Part shown: in pieces, positions 31,265-41,822 of the stretch
Numbering within the stretch: position 1 is the stretch's first letter
How the letters are laid out: the number at the start of each line of letters is the position of its first letter
NCBI GenBank assembly: GCA_002382665.1
Contig: DFZA01000006.1
Location: forward strand, 66,950 to 130,949
Source: Peptococcaceae bacterium UBA4068
GTDB taxonomy: Bacteria; Bacillota; Dehalobacteriia; UBA4068
DNA: 64,000 nucleotides
Reading direction: 5' to 3'
The notes under the pieces: model-generated
The model's database searches: none
What the model was told of the DNA's origin: nothing
What the model saw: only the letters and a program-made list of their open reading frames with translations
Translations under genes and position numbers: made by a program

Positions 31265-31742
31265 AAAATACTACTATAACGAAATATATAATCATAAGAA
31301 TTTCTGCGGCAATTTTAAAGAGCATTCCGCCAAGGATGCCAACTAGCGCACCAAAACCGCTTCTAATAGCCTGTTTAAATTCTGTCCCCTGCAAAAATTC
31401 AACAACAATCACACCGAGAAATGGGCCTATAACAATACCTAACGGCCCTAAAAAAATAAGCGCTAAGATTGTGCCAATAATAGCTCCGTAGGCAGTGTAT
31501 TTATTGCCTCCAAATTTTTGTGTACCGATAGCAGCCGAAAAATAGTCTGATAAAAATATTATTATCAATACTATCGCTTCTATGATATAAAAAAATACGC
31601 CCAGTGATGCAAAACCAGTCATAATCCCATAAAGGAGCACTCCAAAATAAATGAAGATAGGACCGGGTAGTGCGGGTAAGATAGTGCCAATTATACCTAT
31701 GATGAATAGAATCACTGAAAAAACTAATGCCAATATATCCAC
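31263..31742 (-). CDS. DUF456-family small membrane protein
   Basis: 159 aa, 4-5 TM helices, G-rich helices typical of DUF456. Confidence 0.5.
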   Translation of the reverse strand: MDILALVFSVILFIIGIIGTILPALPGPIFIYFGVLLYGIMTGFASLGVFFYIIEAIVLIIIFLSDYFSAAIGTQKFGGNKYTAYGAIIGTILALIFLGPLGIVIGPFLGVIVVEFLQGTEFKQAIRSGFGALVGILGGMLFKIAAEILMIIYFVIVVF

Positions 31743-32164
31743 TTCAAGCCCTCCAATAAATATATTTTGGGTCTTTTGAGATAATTAAATACCTGATATT
31801 TTCTATGGTCTATGATTATAAAAGGCAAGCGTTGTTTTTATCCTCTATACTTGTTCTCCTTGAAAGTTCGTAGAAGAAAAATCACAATAATATCGTGGTC
31901 ATTTTTGCGCCTGGTACATTCCAGATAAAGCGATGTGATTCATTTGAAGGAAGCAGTATGCAATCCTTGGTTTTTGTATGTAATATATATTAGTCGTTAT
32001 AAATATCCACTTATTATAGTATAACAGCCATATAACTAAAAAAATAGTGCAAATAATGTCGTTTCTAAATTAATTATTCGCTCAATTATTTTATGAGTTG
32101 AACATTTACTGCATTCCAGCGATTTTATGCAAATAATAAAACCCCTGATAGCAGGGGTTTTATT

Positions 32165-32240
32165 TGGTTGCGGGGGCAGGATTTGAACCTACGACCTCCG
32201 GGTTATGAGCCCGACGAGCTGCCAGCTGCTCTACCCCGCG
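32165..32240 (-). tRNA. tRNA-fMet (anticodon CAT), initiator type
   Basis: Cloverleaf reconstructed by hand. C1:A72 mismatch and three G-C pairs closing the anticodon stem. Anticodon loop CTCATAA. Confidence 0.85.
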
Positions 32241-32245
32241 GTAGA

Positions 32246-32330
<85 letters not shown>

Positions 32331-32369
32331 AAGAATATTCGTTGATTGCCGAAACCGCTAATTCATGGT

Positions 32370-32445
32370 TGGAGCCGACGATGGGACTCGAACCCGCAAC
32401 CTGCTGATTACAAATCAGCTGCTCTGCCAATTGAGCTACGTCGGC
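32370..32445 (-). tRNA. tRNA-Thr (anticodon TGT)
   Basis: Acceptor GCCGACG/CGTCGGC+U+CCA, anticodon loop TTTGTAA, 76 nt. Confidence 0.8.
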
Positions 32446-32550
32446 AAGGCTGACAAAGCTCATTATAACAACATTTGTAATTGTTGTCAATGGTAAAAAA
32501 AATTGATTTAAATTAAAATTTTAGCTGCTAAACGATAACTTATCTTATAA

Positions 32551-33414
32551 TCAGTAATTAATTTGTTCCAGAATTTTGGCTACCATTGGATTAATAATTT
32601 TTAGATCCGCAGATTCTATTTTACCGGAATCAAATAAAGATGCAATCTGCGGATCAATAGGCATTAATCCTAAAATAGGCAGATCTAATTCGGCCGCAGC
32701 TTCCACGGTATTGCTTTTACCGAAGGGGTAAATGGTCTCACCGCATTTGGGGCAGCTGATAAAGCTATAATTTTCTATCATACCAAGTACGGGAATTGCC
32801 AGCTTTTCAGCCATGTGAACGGCCTTTGCCACAACCATTGCCACCAGTTGTTGAGGCGACGTTACTATAACAACTCCGTCCAATGGCAAAGATTGAAACA
32901 CGGTCAGGGGTACGTCACCGGTACCGGGCGGCAGGTCGACAAGCATAACATCAATATCGCCCCAAAGCACATCAGTCCAAAACTGTTTGACAACACCTGC
33001 GATCATCGGACCGCGCCAAATAACAGGTTCATTCTGGTCGTCGAGCAGTAGGTTAATCGACATCACCTTAATGCCGGTTTTACTTTGGCAGGGAACGATG
33101 GCATTATCTTCACTTTTAGCATGCTCAGTTAAGCCAAAACCTTTGGGAATGGAAGGACCGGTAATATCGGCGTCGAGTATAGCAACGTTTAAGCCTTGCT
33201 GACGCAAGGCAACAGCCATTAGCGAAGTAATGGTGCTTTTACCGACGCCGCCTTTGCCGCTGGCGATACCGATTACTTTTTTGATGGTTGACCCTTGATG
33301 CGGCGGTACGCGTAGATTAAGCGGAGTTTTACGTTCGCTGCAACTGGCAGCACAAGATCCGCAATCATGGCTACAACCTTCCGGTTTAGTCGATTCTTTA
33401 TCCGTATTATTCAT
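32551..33414 (-). CDS. mrp: Mrp/ApbC/NBP35-family Fe-S cluster carrier ATPase with N-terminal Cys-rich extension
   Basis: Deviant Walker A GKGGVGKST. CPxC-like motifs. N-terminal CSHDCGSCAASC. Confidence 0.8.
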   Translation of the reverse strand: MNNTDKESTKPEGCSHDCGSCAASCSERKTPLNLRVPPHQGSTIKKVIGIASGKGGVGKSTITSLMAVALRQQGLNVAILDADITGPSIPKGFGLTEHAKSEDNAIVPCQSKTGIKVMSINLLLDDQNEPVIWRGPMIAGVVKQFWTDVLWGDIDVMLVDLPPGTGDVPLTVFQSLPLDGVVIVTSPQQLVAMVVAKAVHMAEKLAIPVLGMIENYSFISCPKCGETIYPFGKSNTVEAAAELDLPILGLMPIDPQIASLFDSGKIESADLKIINPMVAKILEQINY

Positions 33415-33425
33415 AATTTTCTCCC

Positions 33426-33776
33426 TTATGCTATATCATTGTTGAAATATTTGTCAAAAACATTTTTGGCCGCATTATAAGCAGCCTCTTCAATTTCTTT
33501 GAAGTGAGCAAGAAACTGATGGCCTTCTTCGGTTAGCGTTGAGCCACGTGCACCGTCACGGTTGACTAGGTTGATGCCAAATTCCTTTTCTGTCATGTGC
33601 AGTATGCGCCAGGCTTTGCTGTAAGCCATACCCAGTTCATTGGTGGTGCTGTAAAGAGATCCGTTTCTATCTATACCTTCCAATAATAATACGATCCCTC
33701 TGCCAAAACCATGGCCTTCAAAAAAACCGTCGCGTCTTAAGGTAACACGAATTTTTAATAAAATTTTATCGGTCAT
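33426..33776 (-). CDS. ModE-N-terminal-like winged-HTH DNA-binding protein (stand-alone)
   Basis: LKIRVTLRRDG...GSLYSTTNELGMAYSKAWRIL resembles the ModE N-terminal HTH. No TOBE domains. Confidence 0.5.
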   Translation of the reverse strand: MTDKILLKIRVTLRRDGFFEGHGFGRGIVLLLEGIDRNGSLYSTTNELGMAYSKAWRILHMTEKEFGINLVNRDGARGSTLTEEGHQFLAHFKEIEEAAYNAAKNVFDKYFNNDIA

Positions 33777-33923
33777 ATATTTAAGACCTCCATATATAGT
33801 TTACCTCTTTAAGAATAAAATAAATATAATTATTTGTCAAATACAGAATTATTGACAAAAAAATATTATTGGTGTAGATTATAGATGCTTCGAGTTATAT
33901 TTTAATAGAAAGGTTGAAATAAA

Positions 33924-34280
33924 ATGGAAATAACGATGCTGAAGTCCAAAATCCATCGCGCTACAATCAGCGATGCAAAACTTGAATATATCGGTAGCAT
34001 AACAATTGACGAGGATCTTTTGGCTGCAGCGGGTATATTGGAATATGAAAAGGTTCACGTCTTAAATTGTAATAACGGTGCGCGCCTGGAAACATATGCT
34101 ATCAAAGGCACCGCCGGTAGCGGTACTATCTGTTTGAATGGCGCTGCGGCTCGTTGCGCTTTGCCGGGAGACGTGGTGATTATACTTGCCTATGCTCAGA
34201 TAACTGCCGAGGAAGCAGCCACATATCGACCTAAAATAGTTGTTGTTGATAGCGATAATAAAATTGCGTCAAAAAATTGA
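33924..34280 (+). CDS. panD: Aspartate 1-decarboxylase
   Basis: [25 protein letters not shown], pyruvoyl-processing G-S site, about 115 aa. The true start may be the ATG at 33936. Confidence 0.85.
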   Translation: MEITMLKSKIHRATISDAKLEYIGSITIDEDLLAAAGILEYEKVHVLNCNNGARLETYAIKGTAGSGTICLNGAAARCALPGDVVIILAYAQITAEEAATYRPKIVVVDSDNKIASKN

Positions 34281-34300
34281 AATTAAAATCACTAACTTTA

Positions 34301-34327
34301 ACAAAGCCACCCTATATCAGGGTGGCT
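34301..34327 (+). terminator. Rho-independent terminator after panD
   Basis: aaagccaccctatatcagggtggcttt. Confidence 0.6.
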
Positions 34328-34512
34328 TTGTTAATTAAAAGAAATATTTATAGATTAACATTGGATATACGACAAAATCTACTTGCTAATATTAGTTTGG
34401 CTGAACATTTGACAAGGAATAAGCTAATTGGCGTCGAAGTAAATAAAATTAATTAGAATAGTACTATATATTGGTAAATATATAGTTTTGATTGGAGAGA
34501 CCATACGTTACG

Positions 34513-35193
34513 ATGCTTATTAAGACTATTAATGTTTGTAAAGTATATAAAAACGGCTTAGAAGCTCTTAAAAATATTAATTTGGAAATTGACGGCGGGG
34601 AATTCGTCTTCCTGACTGGAGCCAGCGGCGCGGGCAAAAGTACGCTGATTCGCCTTTTATTTCGTGAAGAATTAGCTACAACCGGTCAAGTACTTATTTC
34701 CGGGCGCAACATTGCGCGGCTCTCTCAGCGGGAAACGGTCAGACTGCGACGCAATACCGGCGTAGTATTTCAGGATTTCCGCCTGATGGAACGCAATACT
34801 GTATTTGATAATGTGGCGTTTGCCTTAAAAGCTGTTGAAAGATCATGGGAAGAGATTAGAATACGGGTGCCGCAAGTATTGGAAAAGGTTGGCCTGGGTG
34901 GCCGGGAAAGCGAAAATGTTATGCATCTTTCCGGCGGCGAGCAGCAACGTGTTGCCGTAGCGCGGGCTATTATTAACCATCCGCTGATCCTTTTTGCCGA
35001 CGAACCGACAGGTGATCTTGATCCGAATACCTCATTAGAATTGATGAAGCTGTTTGAACAAATCAACAATGACGGTACAACATTGTTGATTGCTACCCAT
35101 GACAAAGAAATGGTCAACAGGATGCACCGCCGCGTGCTGACGCTCAACGGAGGCAAGTTGGTTGGCGATACCGTTGGGGGGTGGCAGCTATGA
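34513..35193 (+). CDS. ftsE: Cell-division ABC ATPase FtsE
   Basis: Walker A GASGAGKST, LSGGEQQRVAVARA, about 225 aa, followed by ftsX. Start ambiguous (TTG at 34492 or ATG at 34513). Confidence 0.8.
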   Translation: MLIKTINVCKVYKNGLEALKNINLEIDGGEFVFLTGASGAGKSTLIRLLFREELATTGQVLISGRNIARLSQRETVRLRRNTGVVFQDFRLMERNTVFDNVAFALKAVERSWEEIRIRVPQVLEKVGLGGRESENVMHLSGGEQQRVAVARAIINHPLILFADEPTGDLDPNTSLELMKLFEQINNDGTTLLIATHDKEMVNRMHRRVLTLNGGKLVGDTVGGWQL

Positions 35194-36074
35194 GATTGTA
35201 TAGCTTTCGTTACATAATACCGCAAGCGTTTAAATCTTTAAAGCTTAACGGTTGGATGACTTTTGCTTCGATAATGACTATCTCCATTACGCTTTTCCTT
35301 TGCGCCATCAGTTGGCTGCTGGTGGTTAATATTGATGCCAATGCTCAGCAGATGGAATCAGATGTGCGGGTGTCGGCTTATATTAGCCAATCAATTTCCA
35401 GCGAAGATTATTCGGCGCTGAAAAAGGAAATAGAAGCGATTGACGGTGTTGATCAAGTGGAGTTCGTTAGTAAAGCACAAGGTTTAAGTGATCTTGAAAA
35501 GCGTTTTGGCGGCGTCAACCTTGAAGATACATTGGGCGGTAATAATCCGTTGCCGGATAGATTTTCTATATCGGCTGTCAACAAAGATTCAGTAAACAGT
35601 GTTGCCAAAGCTGTTAAAAAATTGACTGGCATCGATACGGTGCGCTATGGCGAGGGTTCGGTCGAAAAACTCTTTGCCTTAACCGATACGGTACGCAAAG
35701 TTGGCATTACATTGATTATATTACTTGGTATAGCAGCTATAACTCTTGTAGCAATGACGATTCGGCTGACGGTTTTTGCCCGCCGTAAAGAAATCATGGT
35801 CATGAAGTGGGTTGGCGCGACCAATGCTTTTATTCGCTTGCCGTTTCTTTTGGAGGGCGTTATATTAGGCGTGATCGGCGCTTTGATAGCTGTTGTTCTG
35901 GTATTTATTTGTTATAATTATGCCGGCGCTTATGTAGCCGGTACAATATCCTTTGTATATTTATTGAAATTGGGCGACATCTGGTTAAATATTTTGGGTT
36001 TTGCCGTTTTGGCAGGTCTGCTGATGGGAGCATTCGGAAGCTTTATTTCGTTGATAAAAGGCCTTGATGTATAA
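35190..36074 (+). CDS. ftsX: Cell-division permease-like protein FtsX
   Basis: 4-TM FtsX topology with large extracellular loop. Overlaps the ftsE stop. Confidence 0.8.
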   Translation: MRLYSFRYIIPQAFKSLKLNGWMTFASIMTISITLFLCAISWLLVVNIDANAQQMESDVRVSAYISQSISSEDYSALKKEIEAIDGVDQVEFVSKAQGLSDLEKRFGGVNLEDTLGGNNPLPDRFSISAVNKDSVNSVAKAVKKLTGIDTVRYGEGSVEKLFALTDTVRKVGITLIILLGIAAITLVAMTIRLTVFARRKEIMVMKWVGATNAFIRLPFLLEGVILGVIGALIAVVLVFICYNYAGAYVAGTISFVYLLKLGDIWLNILGFAVLAGLLMGAFGSFISLIKGLDV

Positions 36075-36092
36075 CCCGTTTGGAGGTTAATT

Positions 36093-37247
36093 ATGAAACG
36101 TTTACACCGATATTTATTATTGGCAACAGCAATAGCGATATTTCTGGTAATGATTGTTCCGCTTAATACACCGGCGGCGAATAGTTCGCCGTTGGATGAT
36201 TACCGCAATCAGCAGCAGCAGATCAATTCCGAGATGAAGGATACTCTTGATAAGATTGATGCGGCTAAAGACCAAAAGGATTCGTATCAATCACAGATAG
36301 AGTCTTTAAGCGCTAAAATCCAATCATATCAAAAAGAAGCTGATGCGGCACAAGATCAAATTAATACAGCCAATGCTGATATTGCTGAATCAGATGTTAA
36401 AATAGCGGACGCTACTAAGCGTCTCAACGAGCGTCAGGCGGCGCTGGAAAGCCGTTTAACTGATATCTACGTTTATGGCGATATTACTATGGTCGACGTA
36501 GTTCTTGAATCATCAAGTTTTGACGATTTCGTGGTAATGTATGATATGGTACAGCGGATCATGGGCCAGGATAAAGAGTTACTGGATCAAATTTCTGCCG
36601 AAAAGACCACTATTGAGCAGCAAAAAGCCTTACAGGAACAGCGCCGTGACGAATTAGTGGAGCTCAAATCCGAAAAAGAATCCGCAGCAAACCAGCTGGA
36701 GTCGCTACAAGGCAAGAAAGAGGATTTGCTTGATGAGACAAAAATGACAATCAAGCAGTTGGAATCATATTATGATGCGATGGATAAGGCTGCTGATGAA
36801 GTTGCAGCCAAAATCCGTTCTTTAACCAAGGGCAGCGATACGCTTTATCTCGGAGGCGAATTTGTTTGGCCGTTGCCTTCTTCTTGTACTACTGTTACTT
36901 CTCCGTTCGGCAATCGCATGCATCCGACATTACATGTCTACAAGATGCATACCGGTATTGATATTTCGGCTACCAAGGGTACATCTATTTACGCCGCCGG
37001 GGCTGGTACGGTAATTTATGCCGGCTGGTTAACCGCTTACGGAAATGCGGTAATAATCGATCATGGCGGCGGTGTAACAACACTTTATGGCCACATGTCA
37101 AGGCTCGGTACTTCTGTGGGTACGGTTGTATCGGCAGGCGATACCATCGGTTATGTCGGTTCTACCGGTTACAGCACCGGAAATCATCTTCATTTCGAAG
37201 TTGACGAAAACGGTACGCCTGTAAATCCCTGGAATTATCTGAAGTAA
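36093..37247 (+). CDS. EnvC-like M23 peptidase with N-terminal coiled coil (FtsEX-associated hydrolase/activator)
   Basis: Signal peptide, about 200-aa coiled-coil, C-terminal M23 domain with HTGID and HLHFEV motifs. Genomic linkage to ftsEX. Confidence 0.7.
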   Translation: MKRLHRYLLLATAIAIFLVMIVPLNTPAANSSPLDDYRNQQQQINSEMKDTLDKIDAAKDQKDSYQSQIESLSAKIQSYQKEADAAQDQINTANADIAESDVKIADATKRLNERQAALESRLTDIYVYGDITMVDVVLESSSFDDFVVMYDMVQRIMGQDKELLDQISAEKTTIEQQKALQEQRRDELVELKSEKESAANQLESLQGKKEDLLDETKMTIKQLESYYDAMDKAADEVAAKIRSLTKGSDTLYLGGEFVWPLPSSCTTVTSPFGNRMHPTLHVYKMHTGIDISATKGTSIYAAGAGTVIYAGWLTAYGNAVIIDHGGGVTTLYGHMSRLGTSVGTVVSAGDTIGYVGSTGYSTGNHLHFEVDENGTPVNPWNYLK

Positions 37248-37345
37248 ATAATGATATAATAATAGAAACCAATTAAACAGGCGCTGATAGCGTCTGTTTA
37301 ATTGCTGGTATGCTGTTTACAATATATATCCGAACAATTGCGATT

Positions 37346-38510
37346 TAGATTAAAAATGGGAGGATTTGTGAGAAATAAAAACAAGATTTTATCACTGATT
37401 TATATAGTGATAATTACCAGCGTTATTTGCGCCGGTTGTAATTCACGATCTATTTCTACAAAAGAAGATATCGCATTATCCTCTATTGCCAACACCGCTG
37501 CCAATGCTTCAAAAGCAGTAACTGCCAAATTGGCGGATAATTATGCCACCTATTTCACCGCCGATGAATATAAGATGCTCTATGACGATTATGTTGGCAG
37601 TTTCGGTGGCGTCGGTATATACATGGTCGAAAACGATGAAAACGAAATAGTTATCTATGAAGCAATGGAAGGATACCCGGCGGCTAAAGCCGGTATTGTC
37701 GGCGGAGATGCAATACTGGCTGTTGATGGCCAGAAGGTTAGCGGCGACCAGTTTGATAAACTACCTATGATGGTGCGCGGAGAAATCGGCACTACCGTAG
37801 ATCTGAAAATGCAGCGGGCTGCTGATAATTCTATATATAATGTATCGTTGAAAAGAGTAACAGTCGAATCGAAGTCTTTAAAAGGCGAGTTTCTCGAAGA
37901 TATGCCCGGCGTTTTATATGTTTCAATTTTTGATTTTACCACCAATACTCCTAAAGAATTTGTAGAATTATATAACAAGTTATCCGCCGAACAGCCTGTC
38001 AATGCGATTATTTTTGATTTACGCAATAACGGCGGCGGCAGTTTTCAGGCGGCTATCAGTTTGGCCGAATACTTTGTGCCGGATGGTAATGTTATTGTCA
38101 GCGAAAAAAGCAGTGACGGCGAAACAGTGACGCGTTCCAAGGGCGGCGATTTATCTGATACGCCGGTAGTAATTTTACAAAACCAATATAGCGCCAGTGC
38201 CTCCGAGGTATTGATCGGGGCGCTTAAAGATAACGATATTGCCGAAACGATCGGTTGCAAAAGTTATGGTAAAGGTATAACTCAAATATTGGAAGAATTA
38301 CCATCCGGAAGCGCCATCCGTTATACGCACAGCCGCTATCTGACTCCCGACGGTTTTGATTTGCACGGCGTTGGCTTAGAACCGGAAATCAAAATAGCTG
38401 AAAAGGATGATACAGCGGTAGCCGATTATTATAAACTGGATGTAAAGGTCAATCCATATTTGGCGGCCGCAGAAAATTACCTTAAAGATAAATTAAATAT
38501 CGCTAAGTAA
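37346..38510 (+). CDS. ctpA: Carboxy-terminal processing protease (S41 family)
   Basis: PDZ region plus S41 catalytic motifs (IFDLRNNGGG, SASASEVL, K...GKGITQ). Start uncertain. Confidence 0.75.
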
Positions 38511-38555
38511 TAATAAGTTATATCTTAGCAGTACTATATTAATATCTGTAAAATT

Positions 38556-38592
38556 AAAAAGTGCATTTCCTATAAACGGGAAATGCACTTTC
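38556..38592. terminator. Bidirectional terminator (gtgcatttcc / ggaaatgcac) between ctpA and htpG
   Basis: 10-bp perfect stem with an A-run 5' of it and a T-rich tract 3'. Confidence 0.65.
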
Positions 38593-38623
38593 TTCATATT
38601 CATCGCAACGGCGTTATTTTATG

Positions 38624-40504
38624 CTATTTCATCAAAGCGCAGATATCGTCGCTGAAAGCCGTCGGGTCTTCTATCGACAGGCCCTCCATCAACAACGATT
38701 GGTTATATAATATTCTCGTCATCAAATCAAATTTCTCTTTATTGTTTTCGTAAGCATACTTCAATGCCTGATATACATCATGTTCTTTATTGATCTCCAG
38801 TACTTTCTGCGCCGAGATTTCCTGTCCGGCGGGCATCGCTTTGAGTATCTTTTCCATCTCGATCGAAAGGCCACCTTGGCTGCTTAAACATACCGGATGG
38901 GTTTTCAGCCGTTTGGAAATACGCACGTCCTTGACTTTATTGCTTAAATAATCTTTCATTGCCGCCAGTATATCCTTATCGGTATCATCTTCCTGGGCAG
39001 TTTGATTTTGCTCGTCGCTGTCTTTGATATCCAAATCGCTTTCGGAGACGGATTTGAATTCTTTGCCCTGATAATTATAAATAACCCTGATGGCAAACTC
39101 GTCAACATCATCGGTCAGGTATAAGACCTCATACCCCTGATCAAAGAGCATTTCTGTCTGCGGCATTTTGTCAATACGTTCGATCGATTGGCCGGAAGCA
39201 AAATAGATGTATTTCTGGTCTTCCTTCATCCTTGAGACATACTCGCTCAAAGTAACCATGCCTTTTTCTTTAGACGAATAAAACATCAGCAAATCCTGCA
39301 AATCTGCGTTCTCGTTACCAAACCCCTGATAAATAGCAAATTTCATCTGCCGGCCAAACGAGCTAAAGAACTTCTCATACTGCTCCCTTTCGTTCTTCAG
39401 CATATTCTCCAGCTCTTTTTTAATATGGTTTTTGATGCTCTTGGCAATAATACTCAGTTGCCGGTTATGCTGCAGCATCTCCCGGGAAATATTCAAAGAA
39501 AGGTCGTCAGACTCCACCATGCCGCGCACAAAGCTGAAGCAGTCGGGCAAAAGATCCGCGCACTTTTTCATAATCAAAACGCCGTTAGAGTAAAGCTCCA
39601 GGCCTTTTTCGTATTCCGGCGTATAATAATCGTAGGACGCTTTCTCCGGGATATATAGAAGCACGTTATACTGGACCAATCCCTCAGCTTTGGTATGAAT
39701 GTATTTCAAAGGCTTGTCCAAGCCAAAATGCTTTTCATTATAAAACTGCTCGTAATCCTCTTCTTTCAGCTCGCTTTTATTTTTGCGCCAAAGAGGAATC
39801 ATGCTGTTAAGTATTTGCTCGTCAATAAAAGGCTCATACTCGTTGGTTTTCCCCTCCACTAAGCGCGTAGTATGCAGATCCATTTTGATCGGATAACGGA
39901 TAAAATCCGAATGTTCCTTGACCAACGCGCGCAGACGATATTCATCGAGAAATTCATCGTAATTTTCTTCCTCGGTATTATCTTTGATGGCAAGAATCAC
40001 TTCCGTACCGATGCCGTCTTTGGCGCAAGGCTCAATCGTATAACCCGCCGCGCCCTCCGACTCCCATTTATAGGCCTCGTCGCTACCTTGCGCCTTAGTG
40101 ATCACTGTCACGTTGGCAGCCACCATAAAAGCCGAATAAAAGCCCACGCCAAACTGGCCGATTATGTCATAGCCGTCCTCTATTTCATTTTCCTTCTTAA
40201 AGTTCAGCGAGCCGCTGCGGGCAATTACGCCAAGGTTATCTTCGAGTTCTTCTTTGGTCATGCCGATACCGGTGTCTATGACCTTTAAAGTCCGCGTCTG
40301 TTTGTCGGGGACGATTTTAATGCAATAATCGTCGCGGTCAAAATGAACCGATTCATCTGTCAGCGCTTTATAATACAGCTTGTCGATAGCGTCACTGGCA
40401 TTGGAAATAAGCTCTCTCAAAAATATCTCCTTATGTGTATAGATGGAATTAATCATCAGGTTTAATAATTGCTTTGATTCGGTTTTAAACTGTTTCTTTG
40501 CCAT
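38624..40504 (-). CDS. htpG: Chaperone HtpG (Hsp90)
   Basis: 626 aa. N-terminal GHKL ATPase motifs ([18 protein letters not shown]), Hsp90 middle and C-terminal domains. Confidence 0.9.
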   Translation of the reverse strand: MAKKQFKTESKQLLNLMINSIYTHKEIFLRELISNASDAIDKLYYKALTDESVHFDRDDYCIKIVPDKQTRTLKVIDTGIGMTKEELEDNLGVIARSGSLNFKKENEIEDGYDIIGQFGVGFYSAFMVAANVTVITKAQGSDEAYKWESEGAAGYTIEPCAKDGIGTEVILAIKDNTEEENYDEFLDEYRLRALVKEHSDFIRYPIKMDLHTTRLVEGKTNEYEPFIDEQILNSMIPLWRKNKSELKEEDYEQFYNEKHFGLDKPLKYIHTKAEGLVQYNVLLYIPEKASYDYYTPEYEKGLELYSNGVLIMKKCADLLPDCFSFVRGMVESDDLSLNISREMLQHNRQLSIIAKSIKNHIKKELENMLKNEREQYEKFFSSFGRQMKFAIYQGFGNENADLQDLLMFYSSKEKGMVTLSEYVSRMKEDQKYIYFASGQSIERIDKMPQTEMLFDQGYEVLYLTDDVDEFAIRVIYNYQGKEFKSVSESDLDIKDSDEQNQTAQEDDTDKDILAAMKDYLSNKVKDVRISKRLKTHPVCLSSQGGLSIEMEKILKAMPAGQEISAQKVLEINKEHDVYQALKYAYENNKEKFDLMTRILYNQSLLMEGLSIEDPTAFSDDICALMK

Positions 40505-40620
40505 TGTTCTCCCTCCGGATATTAATATTGTATTAACCCTGCAAACTAAAACACATCGGTGGGCCGACGATGTGTTCTTGTTATATTACATATATATTTA
40601 TATTAGTATATTTGGCCCGT

Positions 40621-41076
40621 CTATTCAATATCGATTTTTACGGAATTATCAGGTTTGTCTTTTTTGGGTACCGTGACCGTTAAAACACCGTTCTCAAGTT
40701 TTGCCTTGATTCCTTCGGAATCAGCATCAGCCAAAAACACAGTACGGCTCATTGAGGAATAGCGCCTTTCTTTGTGAATAAAGTTTTTGCTGTCTTCCTC
40801 AACGCTCTGTTCTTTATTAACTAAAATACTCAATCGTGCTTCTTCAAGCTTAATACTCAAATCACTTTTTTGAATGCCGGGTAATTCCGCCTCCAAGATA
40901 TACTCTTGATCATTTTCCTGAACGTCAATCTTAAATGTGTCCCAGGCCAGATTGCTGACAAAACACCTACCATCATTAAAAAAGTCGCCTAGCATGTTTT
41001 GAAAATTATCAAAACCTGTACTTATAGCATCAAGATTTTTCCTATTTATAGGATTCCGACCTGACATAATCAACAA
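40621..41076 (-). CDS. Small heat-shock protein (Hsp20/alpha-crystallin family)
   Basis: 151 aa, alpha-crystallin domain pattern (ILEAELPGIQKSDLSIKLEE...GVLTVTVPK). Confidence 0.85.
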   Translation of the reverse strand: MLIMSGRNPINRKNLDAISTGFDNFQNMLGDFFNDGRCFVSNLAWDTFKIDVQENDQEYILEAELPGIQKSDLSIKLEEARLSILVNKEQSVEEDSKNFIHKERRYSSMSRTVFLADADSEGIKAKLENGVLTVTVPKKDKPDNSVKIDIE

Positions 41077-41094
41077 CTCCTTTGCGTCACTCTG

Positions 41095-41121
41095 TTAGCA
41101 CTCTCGGCCCTTGAGTGCCAA
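41095..41121. promoter_or_regulatory. CIRCE element (HrcA operator) upstream of hsp20
   Basis: TTAGCACTC-tcggccctt-GAGTGCcAA, a near-perfect match to the CIRCE consensus TTAGCACTC-N9-GAGTGCTAA. Confidence 0.8.
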
Positions 41122-41262
41122 TTTTGATTAATTTATAGCACATTATTTTTGCTATGTCAATACGATTTTGTTATTTTCTGGTTATTTTTTTTATTACTTA
41201 GTATCTTCACAAGCTGATAATAAAATACGAAAAACTAGTAATTAAAAAGCATCAAAAAGGTA

Positions 41263-41291
41263 TTGCATTCTCAGCCGCCGTTTTGTATAAT
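41263..41291 (+). promoter_or_regulatory. Consensus sigma-A promoter (TTGCAT-17-TATAAT) upstream of tRNA-Ser
   Basis: -35 TTGCAT, 17-nt spacer, -10 TATAAT, read directly. Lies about 110 nt upstream of the tRNA. Confidence 0.45.
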
Positions 41292-41399
41292 GGATAAGCG
41301 GCAAAAAATCAGCTAAAATATCTTTTGCGCATAATTTATTATATTTTGCCGGACATTATCTTATAAATATTATTTAATACTTGAACAACAACACGACTT

Positions 41400-41492
41400 G
41401 GAGAAGTCGCCTAGTTTGGTCGAGGGCGCGCGACTGGAAATCGCGTAAACCCCAAAAGGGTTTCGAGAGTTCGAATCTCTCCTTCTCCGCCA
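41400..41492 (+). tRNA. tRNA-Ser (anticodon GGA), class II with long variable arm
   Basis: Acceptor GGAGAAG/CTTCTCC+G+CCA, anticodon loop CTGGAAA, 93 nt. Followed by a hairpin and T-run terminator at 41501-41540. Confidence 0.85.
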
Positions 41493-41603
41493 CACAACAA
41501 AACGCCTGTATCAGATAGGTACGGGCGTTTATTTTTTTGCTGTTTTGGAGATAAATTCCCAATATTAAAGCTTAAGGGGTTAGTATATTTGTCACTATAG
41601 AAA
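41433..41603 (+). repeat. Direct repeat copy A (171 bp): 3' 60 nt of tRNA-Ser, its terminator and about 65 bp of flank
   Basis: Aligns at about 88% identity with 42827-42997. Confidence 0.85.
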
Positions 41604-41822
41604 GCGAGCGTGTGCCAAAAATCGATAAATAAGACCAGCTATAGAACCAATACCATAATAATAGGCATCAATTTCTTCAAGAGGAAATCCTGTAGAGTGT
41701 CTATTGAAAAAACTGAAGGTAACTTAAAACACAGCCGATCATTATGGATATAGAATAACCCTGTTTAGATTTGAGTGTCTAAGCAGGGTTAATTTTTATA
41801 GCTTTTTAATTTTATGAGGAGT

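Noticed and set aside
41374-41562. 62-aa ORF on minus strand
   Set aside because: Entirely antisense to tRNA-Ser and its terminator. Spurious.
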